Shown: piece by piece, positions 61,291 through 64,000 of the stretch | How positions within the stretch are numbered: the stretch's first letter is position 1 | How the letters are laid out: each line of letters begins with the position of its first letter | Assembly (NCBI GenBank): GCA_003279705.1 | Contig: QCGZ01000002.1 | Coordinates: 91,266-155,265 of the forward strand | Direction: 5' to 3' | DNA length: 64,000 nucleotides | Source: OCS116 cluster bacterium AG-390-I16 | GTDB lineage: Bacteria; Pseudomonadota; Alphaproteobacteria; MED-G09 | The notes under the pieces: generated by a model | Told to the model about the DNA's origin: nothing | The model's database searches: none | Seen by the model: only the letters and a program-made list of their open reading frames with translations | Program-made: the position numbers and the translations under genes

Positions 61291-64000
61291 ATGAATGACA
61301 AAATAAAAATGAAATCAATTATAAATACTTCAGAGGGAAGTGCTCCATATATTGAAGCACTCTATGAGTCATTCTTAAAAAATCCTAACTCAGTATCTGA
61401 GGACTGGAAAATTTACTTTGAAACACTTCCAAAAAACCCAGATAATGAAGAAGACGTATCTCATAAAGATATTATAAAAAGATTTAAAAATCAAAGAAGA
61501 AGACGCAACTACTCCAGTAAATCTATAATTGATAAATCTATCGATGAAAAACAAATTAGAGTTATTCAGTTAATACAGTCATACAGAAATAGAGGCCATC
61601 AAAGAGCAAACTTAGATCCTCTTGGTATAAGAAAAAATAGTGTATGTGAGGATTTAGAAATTGAATTTCATGGATTGCAAGAGAGTGATTTAGGGAAAAA
61701 ATTTAATACTGATACTCTAAACATTAATCAGGATGAAGTAAGTTTAGAAGAAATAATAAATTCACTTAAAAAAATATACTGCGGTACCCTTGGTATTGAA
61801 TACAACTATATAACTAATACAAAAGAAAGATTATGGTTCCAAGATAGGCTTGAACCTAATTTAGGAAAAGTTTATTTCAAAAAAGAAGAAAAAATAAACT
61901 TACTAAAGCGTTTAAATGCAACCGAAGGGTTAGCTAAATTTTTGTCAACTAGATATCCAGGTATGAAGAGGTTTGGTTCTGAGGGAGCAGAATCATTAAT
62001 ACCACTTGTTGATAGTTTAATACAAAATTGCAGTATCTTTGGGGCAGAACAAGTTTGTTTAGGAATGTCCCATAGAGGAAGACTTAATCTACTAGTAAAC
62101 GTCTTAGGAAAATCTCCTAAAGAACTTTTTTCAGAGTTTGAAGAAGATTATGAATTAGAAGGTGCAAGTACTGGTGATGTAAAATATCACCAAGGTTTTT
62201 CATCAAATATACTTACACCAAATGGAGAAGTTCATGTATCGTTAAATAGTAACCCTTCCCATCTAGAGATTGTTAATCCTGTGATTGAAGGCTCTGTAAG
62301 AGCTCGGCAGGAAAGATTAGGTGATAAAGAAAAAAATTTTGTAATTCCTATTTTAATTCATGGTGACGCTGCTTTTTCTGGTCAAGGCGTTGTTATGGAA
62401 ACTTTACAAATGTCTCAAACAAGAGGTTATGGAGTTGGTGGGACAATTCATGTAATTGTAAATAATCAAATTGGTTTCACAACTTCTCACTCTAGAGATG
62501 CAAGGTCGACACTTTACTCAACAGATGTAGCCAAAATGATCGAATGTCCAATACTTCATGTGAATGGCGATGATCCTGAAATGGTTGTATTCGCAGCAAA
62601 GCTTGCATGTGAATATAGGTATACTTTTAAGAAAGATATCATAATTGATATGTTTTGCTTCAGGAGGCGTGGTCATAATGAAGCTGATGAACCATCTGCA
62701 ACTCAACCTTTAATGTATAAAAAAATAAAAACTCATAAATCAGTTAGAGATCAATACCAAGATAAATTAATTATTGAAGGTATTATTTCAAAGGATGAAA
62801 CCTTGAATTTCCAAAAAAATTATAGAAACGCTCTTGAAAAAGGTGAACTAGTAACTGAAAATCTTGGTTCTACAAATGAAGAAAAATGGTTTGATTGGAC
62901 TCCCTATTTGAAGAGAAAATGGGATGAAGAAACTGATACAACATTTGATCAGAAAAAATTTAATAAATTGGGAGATTTAATAAGCTCTGCCCCAAATGAA
63001 TTTGATGTACAAAAACAGGTATCAAAAATACTTGATGATAGAAAAAAGATGAACTCTGGTGATTTACCCATAAACTGGGGATTTGCTGAAAATATGGCCT
63101 ATGCAACCTTATTAAGTGAAGGTTATCCAATTAGATTCTCCGGCCAAGATGTTAGAAGAGGAACATTTGCACATAGACATTCTGCAATTCACGATCAAAA
63201 AAGTGACCTCGAATATATACCTTTAGTAAAAATTGCTGAAAAGAATAATACAATAATTGATATCTATGATTCACTTCTGTCTGAAGAGGCAGTTTTAGGT
63301 TTTGAGTATGGCTATTCCACAGCCTGGCCAAGCGGTCTGGTAATATGGGAAGCTCAATTTGGTGATTTTGCAAATGGCGCGCAAGTAGTTATTGATCAAT
63401 TTATAGTTTCTGCAGAACATAAATGGGAAAGGCTTTCTGGCCTAGTAATGCTTTTACCTCATGGCTATGAAGGACAAGGTCCAGAGCATAGCAGTGCAAG
63501 GTTAGAGAGATATCTGCAATTATGCGCCCACGATAATATTCAGGTATGCGTCCCTACAACACCGGCTCAAATCTATCATTTACTTAGACTTCAGACGATT
63601 AGAAAAATGAGAAGGCCTCTAATAGTTATTTCACCAAAAAGTCTTTTAAGGAATCCTTTGGCAACATCGAGTCTAGGAGAGTTGATTAATGGTTCATTTA
63701 TGCCAGTAATTGATGAAAAAATTAAAAATAAAGATGAAGTAAAAAAAGTAATTCTTTGTTCAGGTAAAGTTTTTTATGATCTAAATGAAAAGAAAAAAGA
63801 ACTAAATTCTAAAGAAACAGTAATAATTAGAATCGAGCAACTTTATTCATTTCCTTATGATGAACTAGAGTTTATTTTGAAACAATATTGTAATTCAAAT
63901 GAATTCATATGGTGTCAAGAAGAGCCAGCGAACCAAGGAGCATGGTTTAGTCATAGGCACAGAATTCAAAGAGTTTTAGATCGTTTTTCTGAAAAACAAA
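61291..64000 (+). CDS. sucA: 2-oxoglutarate dehydrogenase E1 component (3'-truncated by the window edge)
   Basis: Not in the ORF track because it has no stop in the window. I translated the frame from ATG 61291 and checked it at intervals to 64000, finding no stop in the segments read. GAPYIEALYESFLKNPNSVSEDW, GMSHRGRLNLLVN, GDVKYHQG, HGDAAFSGQGVV, HVNGDDPE, RRRGHNEADEP, GDFANGAQ, LLPHGYEGQGPEHSS. Confidence 0.9.
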   Translation, partial: MNDKIKMKSIINTSEGSAPYIEALYESFLKNPNSVSEDWKIYFETLPKNPDNEEDVSHKDIIKRFKNQRRRRNYSSKSIIDKSIDEKQIRVIQLIQSYRNRGHQRANLDPLGIRKNSVCEDLEIEFHGLQESDLGKKFNTDTLNINQDEVSLEEIINSLKKIYCGTLGIEYNYITNTKERLWFQDRLEPNLGKVYFKKEEKINLLKRLNATEGLAKFLSTRYPGMKRFGSEGAESLIPLVDSLIQNCSIFGAEQVCLGMSHRGRLNLLVNVLGKSPKELFSEFEEDYELEGASTGDVKYHQGFSSNILTPNGEVHVSLNSNPSHLEIVNPVIEGSVRARQERLGDKEKNFVIPILIHGDAAFSGQGVVMETLQMSQTRGYGVGGTIHVIVNNQIGFTTSHSRDARSTLYSTDVAKMIECPILHVNGDDPEMVVFAAKLACEYRYTFKKDIIIDMFCFRRRGHNEADEPSATQPLMYKKIKTHKSVRDQYQDKLIIEGIISKDETLNFQKNYRNALEKGELVTENLGSTNEEKWFDWTPYLKRKWDEETDTTFDQKKFNKLGDLISSAPNEFDVQKQVSKILDDRKKMNSGDLPINWGFAENMAYATLLSEGYPIRFSGQDVRRGTFAHRHSAIHDQKSDLEYIPLVKIAEKNNTIIDIYDSLLSEEAVLGFEYGYSTAWPSGLVIWEAQFGDFANGAQVVIDQFIVSAEHKWERLSGLVMLLPHGYEGQGPEHSSARLERYLQLCAHDNIQVCVPTTPAQIYHLLRLQTIRKMRRPLIVISPKSLLRNPLATSSLGELINGSFMPVIDEKIKNKDEVKKVILCSGKVFYDLNEKKKELNSKETVIIRIEQLYSFPYDELEFILKQYCNSNEFIWCQEEPANQGAWFSHRHRIQRVLDRFSEKQ

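Overview
AT-rich, very gene-dense chromosomal segment, about 85 protein-coding genes, many separated by 0-30 nt or overlapping by a few nt. I found five tRNAs: Arg-UCU, Pro-UGG, Glu-UUC, Pro-GGG and Cys-GCA. I found no rRNA, transposase, integrase, phage gene, CRISPR array or recognisable defence system. Several conserved gene strings look alphaproteobacterial: aminotransferase-hom-glpX-recJ, rplM-rpsI, ctaA/DUF2842, plsX-fabH-ihfA-merR, valS-DUF2497(PopZ family)-tolC, and an NDUFS4-like complex I accessory protein. With the proteorhodopsin gene, this suggests a streamlined marine photoheterotrophic alphaproteobacterium. A Pelagibacterales- or AEGEAN-169-like origin is only a guess. Housekeeping genes include typA, ilvD, valS, sucA (runs off the 3' end and is absent from the ORF track), argC, erpA, xthA and bamE. 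Between them sit accessory patches, often next to tRNA genes. The most unusual locus is a three-gene operon at 25559-28696 on the minus strand. It encodes a MerC-like inner-membrane protein, a small exported His/Cys-rich protein, and a TonB-dependent receptor. The receptor barrel is interrupted five times by long H-H-D-E-[DE]-E hexapeptide repeats (about 52 His in 172 inserted residues by hand count). I interpret this as a possible undescribed trace-metal scavenging system. Other notable items:
- a blue-tuned (Q105) proteorhodopsin with no signal peptide and no linked retinal genes;
- a distant RPE65/CCD-family carotenoid oxygenase;
- a PQQ dehydrogenase with an N-terminal cytochrome c domain, coupled to DUF2237;
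- a coxG-coxS-coxM-xdhC-mocA cluster lacking any large molybdopterin subunit;
- an animal-type COMT-like methyltransferase;
- an expansion of secreted NTF2-like proteins;
- an orphan ATP-grasp enzyme.
All calls rest on reading the translated ORFs and hand-folding RNAs. No database search was run.
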